Shown: positions 22,820 to 35,155, counted from the whole stretch's first letter. The stretch is DNA of 62,229 bases, filler included, from Aduncisulcus paluster (GCA_024181965.1; 6 parts of 6 records of this genome joined end to end with filler, not necessarily neighbours in it), one strand, 5' to 3'. Notes: generated by a model not told the origin, from the sequence alone. Translations and numbers: made by a program.

Positions 22820-23944
22820 ATGGTAAATAATAGACTTATTCTTTTTTATCTCTGTTTAATTTTGTTTCTTTTTCTTCCATTATCCATTTATTCCAGAAAA
22901 GTATATTCAAGTCAGTATAGTCCAAGACCTAGTGATTTAGGGAGCCAAGGAAAACGAACTGTACATGCAACATATAATGGAAATAGTTGGAAATATCATA
23001 CAAATCCACATTTACATGAAGAAACATCTGATTACTCTTCACATGAAGAATCAAATCCCCCACGGTCAACTTCCCATGGGACTAGAGAAATATACTCTTC
23101 GAAGACTATTGTAGGGCAGGGAAATTATAGAGATTCAGATGAAAGGCAATGGGTTAGGGAATCGGATATACATCAAGCCTCTTCTAGCCGTGGGATAAAG
23201 AAACAATCTCTTCCTCCAGGACTTAAGTTGGCTCCTATCCGTGGCAGGTTGCGAAAGGAATGCCATGCTTCAACGAAATGTCGTTCCTGCGTCCAATCAT
23301 TTGAGGCCATTCTTCCAGAATCAATTAACATTGAGGTTGATAGTATTTCAAGTGATTTATTATACTCAGAGTGTGCTTGGGATGCAGATGTTGGTGTTTG
23401 TGTGTCTCAATTTGAATTACAAAACACTCCGGATGATGAGGAAGATAGCGAAATACCCACTGGCATTGATAACGAAGTAATGATTGAATCTATATCTAAG
23501 GGTCATTTTATCGCCGATAATTATGTAACTTGTGTAAGATCTGAGAGATATCTTGAAAAGAAGTATGCTTCATCTCTCAGCCTTGTTAACAAAAAGTGGA
23601 AAACTTTTGCCATGTTGTTAGTTCTCATTGTTGTTATTTTTGTGTTTATTCCAGCGACGAAACATGGAATGATTGTTGTAAGAAAACAGATTCGTGGGCC
23701 CTCAACGACTCTGGAACCTGAAACTCCTGGAAATAAGAAAACGCTACTTCCCCTGACTCCTCGGTCTCTTGGACGGGCTGGAGGGAATCTATTTAACAAA
23801 TTGTTCGGTCGAAACAAGAAAAAGAAGGGTTCATCAACCGATATTGCTCGACAGAGAAAAGTTGCTACTAACAGTCCAACAGTGACAAAGTATTCATATG
23901 CTTCAAGGGAATATAATGTAGCGCAAAGGAGATCATTGGAATAA
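22820..23944 (+). CDS. Type I membrane protein with Cys-rich (PSI-like) ectodomain
   Basis: Signal peptide, CxxxxxCxxC...CAW...C...C pattern, one TM and a basic tail. Confidence 0.7.
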   Translation: MVNNRLILFYLCLILFLFLPLSIYSRKVYSSQYSPRPSDLGSQGKRTVHATYNGNSWKYHTNPHLHEETSDYSSHEESNPPRSTSHGTREIYSSKTIVGQGNYRDSDERQWVRESDIHQASSSRGIKKQSLPPGLKLAPIRGRLRKECHASTKCRSCVQSFEAILPESINIEVDSISSDLLYSECAWDADVGVCVSQFELQNTPDDEEDSEIPTGIDNEVMIESISKGHFIADNYVTCVRSERYLEKKYASSLSLVNKKWKTFAMLLVLIVVIFVFIPATKHGMIVVRKQIRGPSTTLEPETPGNKKTLLPLTPRSLGRAGGNLFNKLFGRNKKKKGSSTDIARQRKVATNSPTVTKYSYASREYNVAQRRSLE

Positions 23945-24276
23945 GAATTTGTATATCTATTATTTGAATTGTGTGATAGGTTCAATTGACCAACTCTATT
24001 TCACGAAAGCTTGAGTTAATTTCGTAATAGCTTTTTGAAATAAAGAGTACATTATTATTATAAATAAAAAACGGATTTCTTTGGGTTGTAGAAAATCAGA
24101 TTTCTGAATAATCGTGTCGGCGACATCATGTCGAAAGTTTCGACGATCGGATATTCTCTCAAAAAGAAATTAATTGGAATTGTGTTATCGATTTATTAGC
24201 TTGTCAATTTCTTTTTTTCTTTTCTTTGTTTTTTATGTGATAAGGATTTCTTTTGTTTCCCTTTTTTTGACCTTCA

Positions 24277-25926
24277 ATGAAACTTACATTTGTTTTTGCG
24301 ATCGCTTTGTTATTTTCCTGCTGTTTAGCCAGTGTGGATAACCTTTGGCCCGCCGTTAAAGTCTTATCCTCTGGTGATGACACTTACACTGTTAGCTCTG
24401 ATCTTACCCTCGACTGTGTGTCTGGTTGTGAGGATGCCACTGTCAGTTCATTCATAAATGATGGATTTGATAGATTCACTCAAACTACCTTCTGGAATGA
24501 GTCTGCATACACTAACTATCTTTCTGAAGATGCTCTTCCACTTATTTCTTTGTACTTAACAGACGATTCTCTTGATTTGGATCCTTTAACAATGGATCAA
24601 AGTTACAACATTACTTGTACAAGCACCGATAACATTATTGTTTCTGCTGGCTCTCCTTTCGCCGCTTTGTATGCTTTCACTACACTTACTCAACTTATCG
24701 AGTATGACACAAGTAGTAACAAATACCAACTTGTTGGAGCCCCAATCATTATCGTTGATGAACCTCGTTTCCCATGGCGTGGACTTATGATCGACACTGC
24801 TCGTCATTTCCTCCCTATTTCCACCATTAAGAGACAAATCCGTGCCCTTGTTCAGAACAAACTTAATGTTTTGCATGTCCATCTCGTTGATGCCCAATCT
24901 TTCCCCTTGGTCACCCCCAGTGTTCCTGAACTTGCCCAAGGTGCCTACAATGGATCAAACGGAGGTAATACCTTTACTCAAGATGAGATGGAGGATCTCG
25001 TTCGCTATGGATTTGCCCGCGGTGTTCGTGTTATTCCCGAGATTGATGTCCCTGGTCACTCTGGAGGTTGGAGATTCGGTCGTCCAGATGTTGTCACCAA
25101 TTGCAGCTGTGGTGAATCTAATGTGAACAACTATTCCCTTGACCCTTCTTCAGACACTACCATACCCGTGATGTCTGAGGTCTTTAGTGACACAATCGAT
25201 ATGTTTAACCTTGATGATGTTTCCTCAAAGAGTTACATCCACTGTGGTGGTGATGAGGTTGCCACATGCTGCTGGAATGGCTCTGATGCTGTGAAAGAAT
25301 GGATGGCTGAGGAGGGCATTTCTTCCTACAATGGAGTCACTGAGTACTTTACTGAGAATATTAATGATGTTTTGAACGATCACGATGCTTCTGGAATCTT
25401 CTGGGAAGAGGCCTTCTCCAACGGAATGCCTCTTGCTGAGGGAGACATTATTCAGGTGTGGTCTGACAAGTCTGTCCTCTCTCAATGTGCCAAGGATGGA
25501 AGCTTCAACTGTCTTTTAAGTACCGGTTGGTACTTGGATCAACAGATCCCTTCCCTCGATGGAACCACTCACTACGAATGGAAGGACACTTACCAAGACT
25601 TCCTCAATAACGAGCCTTTCAGTGATGGAACATGGACTTCCGCCATGATGGAGAATGTTAAGGGTGGTGAGGCCTGTATGTGGTCCGAGCAAGTCAACCA
25701 ACACGACATTGATGCCCGTGTATGGCCCAGAGCTTGTGCCACTGCCGATGTACTGTGGGCTCAGAGTTCTGGTTATTCCACAACGGCCAAAGATAGACTC
25801 ATTGGTCACAGGTGCAGAATGGTCAGAGGCGGAATCGGTGCTGGACCAATTGCCCCTGATGCTCCTTGTGAGGGTGAAGACGTCGGAACTAAGGCCTGGG
25901 CTCAGAGTTTCTTGGAAGATTTGTAA
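24277..25926 (+). CDS. HEX: Beta-N-acetylhexosaminidase (GH20)
   Basis: Signal peptide, DEPRFPWRGLMIDTARHF, PEIDVPGH, catalytic HCGGDE, GGEACMWSE and WPRA. Confidence 0.95.
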   Translation: MKLTFVFAIALLFSCCLASVDNLWPAVKVLSSGDDTYTVSSDLTLDCVSGCEDATVSSFINDGFDRFTQTTFWNESAYTNYLSEDALPLISLYLTDDSLDLDPLTMDQSYNITCTSTDNIIVSAGSPFAALYAFTTLTQLIEYDTSSNKYQLVGAPIIIVDEPRFPWRGLMIDTARHFLPISTIKRQIRALVQNKLNVLHVHLVDAQSFPLVTPSVPELAQGAYNGSNGGNTFTQDEMEDLVRYGFARGVRVIPEIDVPGHSGGWRFGRPDVVTNCSCGESNVNNYSLDPSSDTTIPVMSEVFSDTIDMFNLDDVSSKSYIHCGGDEVATCCWNGSDAVKEWMAEEGISSYNGVTEYFTENINDVLNDHDASGIFWEEAFSNGMPLAEGDIIQVWSDKSVLSQCAKDGSFNCLLSTGWYLDQQIPSLDGTTHYEWKDTYQDFLNNEPFSDGTWTSAMMENVKGGEACMWSEQVNQHDIDARVWPRACATADVLWAQSSGYSTTAKDRLIGHRCRMVRGGIGAGPIAPDAPCEGEDVGTKAWAQSFLEDL

Positions 25927-26306
25927 TTCTAAAATTCTTTGCAATTCTTATTCTTCCTCTCCCATCATTCCTTCTTTGCTTTGAATGTCTTTTTACGAAT
26001 TCCCTAAGTATTATTCGCTCGAAACAAAAATAGTAATTCCTTCCATGAATTTTAAAGTAAATCTTGGCCAATTCCTGAGAATGGACTATCGGCTTGAAAT
26101 TGAAAATTTGCCGATAAATCATAACAAGTGAGAACTTAAATGAACGGCTGCATTTTGTAATTAATTATTACCTATGAAATTCTTGCAAAATTAATTTGTG
26201 GATATTTCTCATGGTGATACCCCAAATCTGAGGATGTGACATCCCGGGATACAGCCGCGCCAAGAATTATTGATTTGTTCAAGCTACTTCATATTATTTT
26301 TTTCAA

Positions 26307-27081
26307 ATGCCCAGAATTGAGAATACTTTAAACCAATCCGAGAGTATGTTTCTTTTTCGTTGGTCTTTTTTATTTCCTTATTCTCGTCATATCTTAGATT
26401 CTGTTTTTCAATTTTTTTGAAATGAAATCGTTTTTATTTTTGTTTCATTCCAAATTGTTGTTGCATTTTTTTGGTTGTGTTTTTTCTTTAGCTCCTCTTA
26501 CAAAAGCTACATACATTGGTGAAACCATTGACGGAGAATCATCGAAGTTCATCGATTGCCTTTCTCCTGAAACTCTCTCTGCCATTTCATTCTGTCCTGA
26601 AAAGGAAGTAATCAAATTTTACAAATCTCATGATGAAGTTCTCCCTCTCCTCGATGCCTCCCCTGAAAGTTCTTTGCAAATAAGAGAATTAACCTTTGTT
26701 CCTCCCAAATTGACCTTTGTTGGTGGTCTTCTTTTGCACTTCGCCGGTGGATCTCATTTCCCCGTTAGTGTTCATCTCCGTCTTTTCACTACAAATGGTA
26801 TTTACACCACAAATGTTTCCTTTGAAAATGAAGATGGGTGGCATGAGATCCCATGTGACTGTTATAATGTCTTCAAGATTGCTATTTGCTTAAATTACAC
26901 TTACTCTGGTGAGGCCGAAATGAAGCTTTTTGGAATTCGTATGACCAGTTCCACAAGTTTAAAATATCCCATGACTTGTAATTTGGTGGCTTTCGCTGAG
27001 GGAGAAGAAGAAGAGGAGGAAGAAGAAGACTTTGGATCTGCTGGATTTGAAGAGATGGACGAATTCGAGGATGAAATGTAA
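26307..27081 (+). CDS. Hypothetical beta-sandwich (APC10/DOC-like) protein with acidic tail, 2 exons
   Basis: Exon 26307-26343, intron 26344-26491 (GTATGTT...TAG), then in-frame exon 2. ENEDGWHEIP motif. Confidence 0.65.
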
Positions 27082-27258
27082 AACAAAATAAAATATTCAT
27101 GACATAACAACTAATATATCACATATTTTCTAAAATAAGTGTTCTAATTGATTTCTAGCGGGGCATAGTTTCAGAGCAAAGTTTTCTCTGGAAGAGCTTA
27201 TAATTCACTTGATATATGATATAACATTTCTTTTAATTTTTTTATATAAAGCATAACA

Positions 27259-28356
27259 ATGAAAATTAGATTACTTATATCAATCGATTCATCGCAACAT
27301 GAAATTGATATCTCAGAGACAACCAGCCCAAAAGATTTAGAAGAGTTTATTAAAAATGATTTGGGATACACTGATAAAGCAATAAGAATTTTGTTCCAAG
27401 GGAGGAGTTTGTCTGGCTCTTCAACATTGTCATCCCTTGGAGTTCATGACAATGATCTTCTTCAGATAATTTTATTTGATGTCGCTCCACAACAGCAACA
27501 CAGAACACGGGTTATTTCTGATGATTCTCGGTCAGATGAGCAATCAGAATCAGAAGATGAAGAACGAGCTCGAGGTCTAGAAGCACTTCTAGAAGCTGGA
27601 GTTCCTCCTGGAGAAGTTCTTGCACACAGGTGTAACCTCATTCTCCGAGTAACGATCTTATCTCATTCTGAATCTCAACCCGCCTCGAGGGCTCTCCGCT
27701 TATTCTCGCTTAATTCTGCGCATGTCGGTGATTCTCTTGAGGCCTGTGCTGGTATCTTGCATGAATTATATCGTGACGAACGCCGGAATATGTTTGACGC
27801 TGGCAATACTCAGATTGATATTAGTGGTGGAGAAGAAGAGGAGGAGGAGGGTGTTTTAGGCGATAGTGAAGGAGAAGAAGGAATCGAGACGTCATCTGTT
27901 CGGGCTACTATTCAACCTCAGACCACTTCAACCCATCCAAGGTCTTATCAATCTCAGGATGGTGTTGGGACAGATCTTGATTTCTTCCCGAATCTTTCTC
28001 CATCTGGAAGGCCTTTAGAACAGCGAATTATTGATCTAGAGGAACGATGGCTGAATGGGGATGAACTCGATCTTCCTGGATTGCCGCGGGTTCCTGGTCA
28101 AGACCAACTTGCTATGGGAAATGGTTTGATTGGATTAATGGCTGAAAACAACGATTTTGAACCATTTATGGCGATGTGGAAAACTATGGCTTTGATAGCC
28201 ATTGGAATGGTGCTTTCATTCGTCTTAGGGACAACAATTCTTCCCCTTTTGTTCGCTAAGGGCATTCCTTTGATGCTCAGAGTCGGCTTTGTTGCCGGTG
28301 TATTTGCAAATATCATTGTGGGTTCATGTTTATCTGTAAGTACTGCATTTTACTGA
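27259..28356 (+). CDS. DSC3-like protein (N-terminal ubiquitin-like domain, C-terminal TM pair)
   Basis: UBL (IRILFQGRSL...TLSSLGV), RGLEALLEAG, LEERWL and two C-terminal TM helices, matching the Dsc3/DUF2407 layout. Confidence 0.65.
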   Translation: MKIRLLISIDSSQHEIDISETTSPKDLEEFIKNDLGYTDKAIRILFQGRSLSGSSTLSSLGVHDNDLLQIILFDVAPQQQHRTRVISDDSRSDEQSESEDEERARGLEALLEAGVPPGEVLAHRCNLILRVTILSHSESQPASRALRLFSLNSAHVGDSLEACAGILHELYRDERRNMFDAGNTQIDISGGEEEEEEGVLGDSEGEEGIETSSVRATIQPQTTSTHPRSYQSQDGVGTDLDFFPNLSPSGRPLEQRIIDLEERWLNGDELDLPGLPRVPGQDQLAMGNGLIGLMAENNDFEPFMAMWKTMALIAIGMVLSFVLGTTILPLLFAKGIPLMLRVGFVAGVFANIIVGSCLSVSTAFY

Positions 28357-28566
28357 GATATCGATAATCGATCACTGAGGCTCAGTGCTATCTGCTATTA
28401 GTAAAATCATTTTGTTTATTGATTTTCTTTTAATTAATTGCTCCTTTGATTGAATATTGGATTATATTGTTACCATCATAACCCCTGATTACTGGATGTC
28501 AGGTTGGACGATCAACAACTTTTTTTCGTGATTTTGCCTTGTTGGGACCCCTCATATTTCAATACA

Positions 28567-31494
28567 ATGTTTTTACAAGGTAATATCAATTCCTTGTTGT
28601 TAATATTTATCATATTTAGTATTTTTTCCGTCATATTTAGTGCCACTATTTATACCGTTGATCTAGGGGCTGAAAATCTAAAAATTGGAACAATTAAAAA
28701 TGGTCCCTCATTTGATCTTGTTTTAAATAGTCAGAGTAAGAGGAAAACACCAATGCATTTTACCATTAAAGATGGTATTCGAGTGATTGGTGGTGATGCT
28801 AAAGCCCTGAATGAAAAGGATCCAAATGAAGTTATAAAGAACTTTTCATCTTATATTTTGCCTTCATCTGATCCCAACATGCCCCCTCAATTTGACAATG
28901 TCAGCTATATTGATAATCATAGACCCTCTTCTACTCCTCTTTCAGATGCTCCAACAAATGTCAACAAAGCAGCAGAATATGCCATATATACCCTCAATGA
29001 TTCCACTGATGGCACTGAAAATGAGCATGTGTCCGCCTTTACCATTGCTTCTGCTTTGTTCGATGAACTATTTTCTGAATTGGATCATGAAGCTTCAGTT
29101 TTTCTCATTACTCCCCCTCACAACAGTTTAGAGGAGAATATTGCTCTTAAACAAGCCTTAGAACAGGCCGGAATGAATGTGATTTCCTCCATCCCTTCTC
29201 CAGTCGCTGTAGCTGCCACCCATGCCAAGTCCAACCTCACAACTTACGCACAGGGTGGTTCTGAATTGTTGTATGTTGTGGATGTCGGTGGCCACACTAC
29301 TGATCTCTCCGTCGTTCATATCGGCCAGGATGTCCCTCCCCCCGAAGCTAAAGGTCGTGATGCTGAAACTGGTGTTCTTATTCGTCTTATTGCCTCTGCT
29401 TCTGTCAAGACAGGTGGACAGGAACTCACAGAGGCTCTCACACGCTATGTCATTGAGAAACATCTTGAAGAGGAAAAGAACGAAGATAATATTTCAAAAC
29501 TCAGCTCTTTCCTCGAAAACTCACCTTTATATGCAACGTCTTCCTTGACTTCCTTGCTTCTCTCTGCTTGTGAGAAAGCTAAGACTGTTTTGAGTGCTAA
29601 CACTCACACTGTTGTGCGTGTGAATGCCGATGGTGTCAATTTGAAGGTCAAAGTGAAGAAAGAAGAGCTTGAGGAGCTTGTCAAAGATATATATATTGAA
29701 GATATTGTTCGTCTTGTCAACTCACTCGAGGACAAGGCTGGTCGTGTCATTCCGTTCTGTTCACAGGCTGAATACGAGGAAGAGCTTGAGCGTCTGAAGA
29801 AACCTAAGAAAAAGAACTTCTCCTTGTTACGTTTGATTGGGTTTGGAGATGATGAATCCAGTGAAGATGTTCCCCAATGTCCTCAACCTTTGTCTTCTCT
29901 TCCTCTCCTTTTGATGGGAGGAGGATCACGTGTGCCTTCACTTCAGGTTATTCTGCAGACCGTTGCTCACCTTGGAAGGGAAGAAAGGAATGCAATCCTT
30001 GCAGAAGTCTCGAACGATGATTTCGACGGAGATGTGTCATTCTCTGTTGATATGGATTCCTTGCCTCCTCTTTTGAAAACTGTCAACACGGACGAGGCTG
30101 CAGTGATTGGTGGTCTATTGATTGGTTCCAATGAGGTTCGTGGATACCGGATGCGTTATCGAGTCAGAACACAAACTTTGGGTGATCCGATTGAAATGGG
30201 AGTATGTTCGAGTTCTTTGCTCCAAGATTTTGAGGATGAAGTCTTTGATTCTGAGAAAAAGAAGGAATCTTATACGTCATTTATTCCTCAGCTCAGTGAT
30301 GGCCGTATGGAACTCTCCGACCTGTTCACTTGCTTTGACAACAGTCCCGACACTGATGAGGCGGCTGTTGATGGCCTTGTATTCCTTCCATATACCAAAA
30401 CAATTACCATGCGTATGGTGAGAGTTGAGAGGGAGAGATTGGTTTCTCGGGACAGAGAGATTGAGGTGGAAGAAGAGTACGAATATGAAGAGACTATTGA
30501 AAAAGAGGAGGAGGAGGAGAGCTTGGAAGAAGAGAAGGAAGGAGAAGAGGAAAAGGAAGTTGTGAAAGAAACAAGGACTGTCACGGGAACAAGGACTGTC
30601 AAGAAGACAATCACTGAAAAACAAAAGGAGGTTGTTCCTGAATTTGTGTCCATGTTCACTCTCGCTTCAACAGGCTCTCTCTCTGTATGTCAAGTTACAG
30701 GTCCTCCGGTGTCTGTCTTACAAGATCTTGTCAATCCATCTTATTTGGAAGAACTTGGACGGTTTGAACAGCCTGACTACACCGATTTTACTGCTGATGT
30801 CAAGGTTGGGCTTCGCATTGGTGTTGGTAACGTTGAGATCTTTAAGAATGGCAAAGGTAGGGTTGTGTATCCTGATAATTCTGAGAGTGAAGAGGAGAAG
30901 CATCAGAAGAAATTCAGAGCTGATATTACTTGTGTGTCATATTCTCCCGTATCAACTTTTATTTCCAACTCTAATTCCTCATTCATTCTTCCTTTCTCTC
31001 CCATTCCACCAAGTACCTTGAAACACTCAAGGAAATTCATCAATTCTCTAAAAGCCATCGAGAAGGCCAATGACAACACCGAAAACACTTTGAATGATCT
31101 TGAGGCCCAGATGTATTCTCTTGGTGACATTGAGTATGATGATGAGATAATCAGTGTGAGCACAGAGGAAGAACGTGAATCGGTGTCAGCTGAGGTTGAG
31201 GAGATTCTTGAATGGCTGGATGATATTATGTTTGAGCCCAATTGTCATGTGTCTTGTGCTGGAGAAAGTGAGTGCACTGTCGATTGTCTTGAGAAGTTGA
31301 AGAATGAAGCCCTCGAAAAGAAGAAAAGTATTGATAAAAAAGTCAACGTCTGGGTGAAGAAATTGAAGAAGATTCAAAGAGAAGAAGAGAGAAAGAGAAA
31401 AGAAATGGAAAGAAAAGAAGAAGAGTTGAGAAAGGAGATGGAAAGAGAGGAAGAGAAGGGGAAAGACATGGAGAACGAAGAGCAAAATAGATAA
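28567..31494 (+). CDS. HYOU1: Divergent ER Hsp70/Hsp110 (GRP170/HYOU1-like)
   Basis: Signal peptide, VDLGAENLK, VLNSQSKRKTP, VDVGG, CEKAKTVLSAN, LMGGGSRVP, NTDEAAVIG and NDLEAQMY. Confidence 0.8.
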   Translation: MFLQGNINSLLLIFIIFSIFSVIFSATIYTVDLGAENLKIGTIKNGPSFDLVLNSQSKRKTPMHFTIKDGIRVIGGDAKALNEKDPNEVIKNFSSYILPSSDPNMPPQFDNVSYIDNHRPSSTPLSDAPTNVNKAAEYAIYTLNDSTDGTENEHVSAFTIASALFDELFSELDHEASVFLITPPHNSLEENIALKQALEQAGMNVISSIPSPVAVAATHAKSNLTTYAQGGSELLYVVDVGGHTTDLSVVHIGQDVPPPEAKGRDAETGVLIRLIASASVKTGGQELTEALTRYVIEKHLEEEKNEDNISKLSSFLENSPLYATSSLTSLLLSACEKAKTVLSANTHTVVRVNADGVNLKVKVKKEELEELVKDIYIEDIVRLVNSLEDKAGRVIPFCSQAEYEEELERLKKPKKKNFSLLRLIGFGDDESSEDVPQCPQPLSSLPLLLMGGGSRVPSLQVILQTVAHLGREERNAILAEVSNDDFDGDVSFSVDMDSLPPLLKTVNTDEAAVIGGLLIGSNEVRGYRMRYRVRTQTLGDPIEMGVCSSSLLQDFEDEVFDSEKKKESYTSFIPQLSDGRMELSDLFTCFDNSPDTDEAAVDGLVFLPYTKTITMRMVRVERERLVSRDREIEVEEEYEYEETIEKEEEEESLEEEKEGEEEKEVVKETRTVTGTRTVKKTITEKQKEVVPEFVSMFTLASTGSLSVCQVTGPPVSVLQDLVNPSYLEELGRFEQPDYTDFTADVKVGLRIGVGNVEIFKNGKGRVVYPDNSESEEEKHQKKFRADITCVSYSPVSTFISNSNSSFILPFSPIPPSTLKHSRKFINSLKAIEKANDNTENTLNDLEAQMYSLGDIEYDDEIISVSTEEERESVSAEVEEILEWLDDIMFEPNCHVSCAGESECTVDCLEKLKNEALEKKKSIDKKVNVWVKKLKKIQREEERKRKEMERKEEELRKEMEREEEKGKDMENEEQNR

Positions 31495-31663
31495 AAGTCG
31501 ACATTTTCTCTTGCTAACGTGACGATTATTCCAATATTGAGTAAAGATTGACCACAACAGAAAAGCTGTTTTTGAATGATGGTTTTCGTTTGTTGGTCAA
31601 GAATCTTGACTCAAGATAAGGTTTAGAAAAAAATCTTAGGAAATATCTGAATCTCCTTCGTCT

Positions 31664-34243
31664 TTATGCTTCTTGTTCATATTCTTCAAACGAACAACAC
31701 AATGATCCCTGTTCAAACATCACTTCAACACCTCCACCTGTGCGTTCAATCAGATCATACACAGATTGTTTCAAGGATCTTTCCTGAACAAATGGCATCT
31801 TAACAAGCATGTGTTGAGGAGGAGTGTATTGGATAAGAGAAGAGTGTGTGATGATATCTTGAGAACTCGATCCATTACGTTTTAGAACATATTGAATTAG
31901 AATTGATTTTCCAGTACTACTTATAATTAGTAATTATGTCGTAGTAGAATAAGATTTTGTTTCTACGATATGACACGGATATGTCCAGTTTCATAACGGA
32001 ACGTACATGGGAAATGTATGAATATCCCTCTTTCTCAGGACATAATGATGTCTCAATGGAAGGAATTAACGATAGTATTGGGATAGAATGCAGATTGGTT
32101 GAGAGATATGAAGAAGATACAAAGGAACATGAGTTGGAAATGAATTTGTCAAACGATACTCGACAATCCTCTATCATATGACACCACTTCATATGGTTAT
32201 CAAATTTAGGAGATATTTGAGAAACAAGAGAAGGAACAGAAGAGAACATAGAAATGAGTTTTGACCAGTATTTGATTCCCTTTTTATGTACTTTCAGCTT
32301 TATGGCCTCAAACCAGCTATCGAGAACATCCTTAACATTATCATAGATTTCAACAATATTTGATTGAACACAACATAAGTTAGAGAAGAATCGTAAAATT
32401 TCTTCATGATTATCATCAACAATCTTATCCCCAACAAACTCTCTCTTGACAACATCAAGAACAGGGCGGAAAAGAGGCCAAATTTCAGCACAGATGGATT
32501 TTTCAGGTGAGAAATTATCTCTTGACAATGTGATTAATGAAAGAATATACATCCATTGTCCATAACTTTCGCTATCTTTGTAGTATTTTCGCAACCACTC
32601 TTTGATATATGGTTTGATGAGGGTGAAAATAGAGAGGCGAATTGAAGAGGTATCATAAGGAGGGTAAGACATAATTAAAAGCGTATTTGGAATGTATTGA
32701 GAAACATCTTCACCAATCTTCTCCTTACTTCCTCTTTCAAGAATTCGTTGGAAAGTCTGAGAAATCATGTCAAGGAAGGATTTTGTTCTTACACAACAAG
32801 TAGAATAATAATAATGTAGACAAATAAAACAATAATCGCCATCAACAACTCCTTTCAAAACATCCTCAACTCTTGATAGATGATCAATGAAAGTGTCAAT
32901 GAGATCATTCAGATCAGGAATAGGGAGATTGCTTGCATTTTCAGAATATTCATTACAAAGGAAAAAGGATAAACACTGAACACAAAGAACAATCTCTCTC
33001 TTGTGCTCTTCAATCTCACTCTTTGATTGGGATGCAAGGAAGACAGAAAGAATATCTTCTCGATATTTGTGGTAAATCTTTGAAGATGAATCAGAATCAG
33101 GACATTTCTTAATAGATTCTATTATTTCGATCCATTTCTGAAGAGAAGGATAACAATTGCCAAGATATCTTGAATAATCTTCATCAAAACATCCTTTCTT
33201 CTTACACCACTCCATATTGGTATCATATTTGGGAGATAGATGATGGACAAGAGAGGGGACAGAGGAAAGCATGGAAATGAAATTGGAATAGAGAATGGCT
33301 CCCGGACTATCTAGTTCTTGTTCTTCTTCATTTTTCTTTATCATCTCAAACCATCTATCAAGAAGACCATCTTTGATACCATCAAATACTTCAATGGCTT
33401 GAGATGGCCTACAACTCAAGTTGGCAAAGAAACGTAAACAACGAATGATAGATTGGTCGATCAGATGAAATTTGTTTTAAAGTGATTTTCTTTATCCGAT
33501 TTAAAATGGGATGGAAGACGAACCAAAGTCGTGCAGAACGGGCTTTATGCGCATTGTAATTGTCCTTATCATTTGTGATATTCTTCATGATGTTTATCCA
33601 TAAGAAAAAGAACTTCTTGTCAGGATATTTCTTCATCCAAGGCAAGATGTGAGGACGAAGAAGGGATAAAAGGGAGTTCTTGATCGAATCTTCTTCGGAA
33701 TATGCAATATTTTGACATGTCTCGAGGATATCTTCAACAAAAGAATCTTTTAATTTCTGGGATAAGCCAACAATGAATATCTTGGAGAGAAGCGAAGAGA
33801 TTTTGGAATAGAGAGAAGAACGAAGGGATATAACCTTTTTTATTGAGCATCTTGAACATTGTCATTGTGATGGAATTCACTTTGGCCCCTTTCACTCTCA
33901 AAATATCCTCAATTCGGATCAACGATGGTAAGAAAGAGTCAATGATATGCTCAATAAAAGAATCATTGAGAACAATCTCAATGTCATCCTCATCTGAAGT
34001 CATGTCTTCTTTTGTAACTTTGTGCTTCATGAACAAGGATAAACATTCAATGCAAAGAGCGAATATATCTTGATTGGAGGTGATAGATATAGAAGAGGTT
34101 GAACAAGAATCAAAGATATGCTTAAAAAGAGTATTAACATCTTCATAAAGAGATAAGGTTGTGGATTGTGAGGATGTGCTCTTGATTAAAACAATTAGAG
34201 CCTCTATTTTTTTGTCCAAATCAATGTTATTTTTCAGAAACAT
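31664..34243 (-). pseudogene. Disrupted member of the helical-repeat family
   Basis: ORFs 33734-34243, 33409-33645 and 31917-33419 plus a 31664-31870 tail are joined by frameshifts or stops. Same repeat as the kinase, and tail motif RSLKQSVYDLIERTGGGVEVMF. Confidence 0.75.
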
Positions 34244-35155
34244 GATTTTGAACGGGAAAATCGGCTATCGTAAACAAATTATTGATTCAATATTGAAGGC
34301 AAGTAAAAATATTAATGAACAACAAATGAATGACAAATTATTTTCTGAGATGGAACAATATACTTGAAAATGTAGGATTCAATTCAGATTTTACGCCAAT
34401 TGCAACAAAAATAAGACGGAATTCCAATTTGAGATCTTGTCATGATATATGCTTTCGATTAGTTTATTATTATTTGAAATGATAATATATTGAAGTGGAT
34501 GATTTAAAAATCCTGTCTAATTATGGAATTATATCTATTTTTACATGTTATGGAAAAATTATTGTAGCAACCGATTTGGAGCATTTTATTTCCTATTTTT
34601 GGATGAAATGGGTAAAAAGGCAATATTTATTGATGTTTGTTTATTTTTCTATTGTGTCTCAAGGATATTCCGGTATAAGAATTTCACAAAAAAACCTATT
34701 CAAAATTGACTATATTTTATTGAGAAAGATTCTTACTTCAAGCATTCTGGATATAATTCAATTGAAGAATTAGTATTGATGTTGATTAAGACTTAATCAT
34801 TAAGTTGTGGTCAGAATCAATTCGAAGAATCGACTCGATGATTCGGAAGCAACATTGCAAGAAGAAAGAAATGGATTTTTCAATCATTCTATCGAAATAA
34901 TAAAAGATTTTGATAATAAATGCTTTAAATAAGACTTTTATGTGCTGGAAGCTAATAATCTGAATGATGACTTGTAACAAACATTGATACAAGAAAGGAT
35001 CTATATCATGGTATAAACATTTCAAAAATTATATTTATATAAATAGATATACTAAAAAATAACAACGAAAATGACCAAAAAGAGGTGTATTAATAACTCT
35101 AAAATGAACATTTGAATATAATATAATATCGATCACAAATTATTGGATTCTATTT

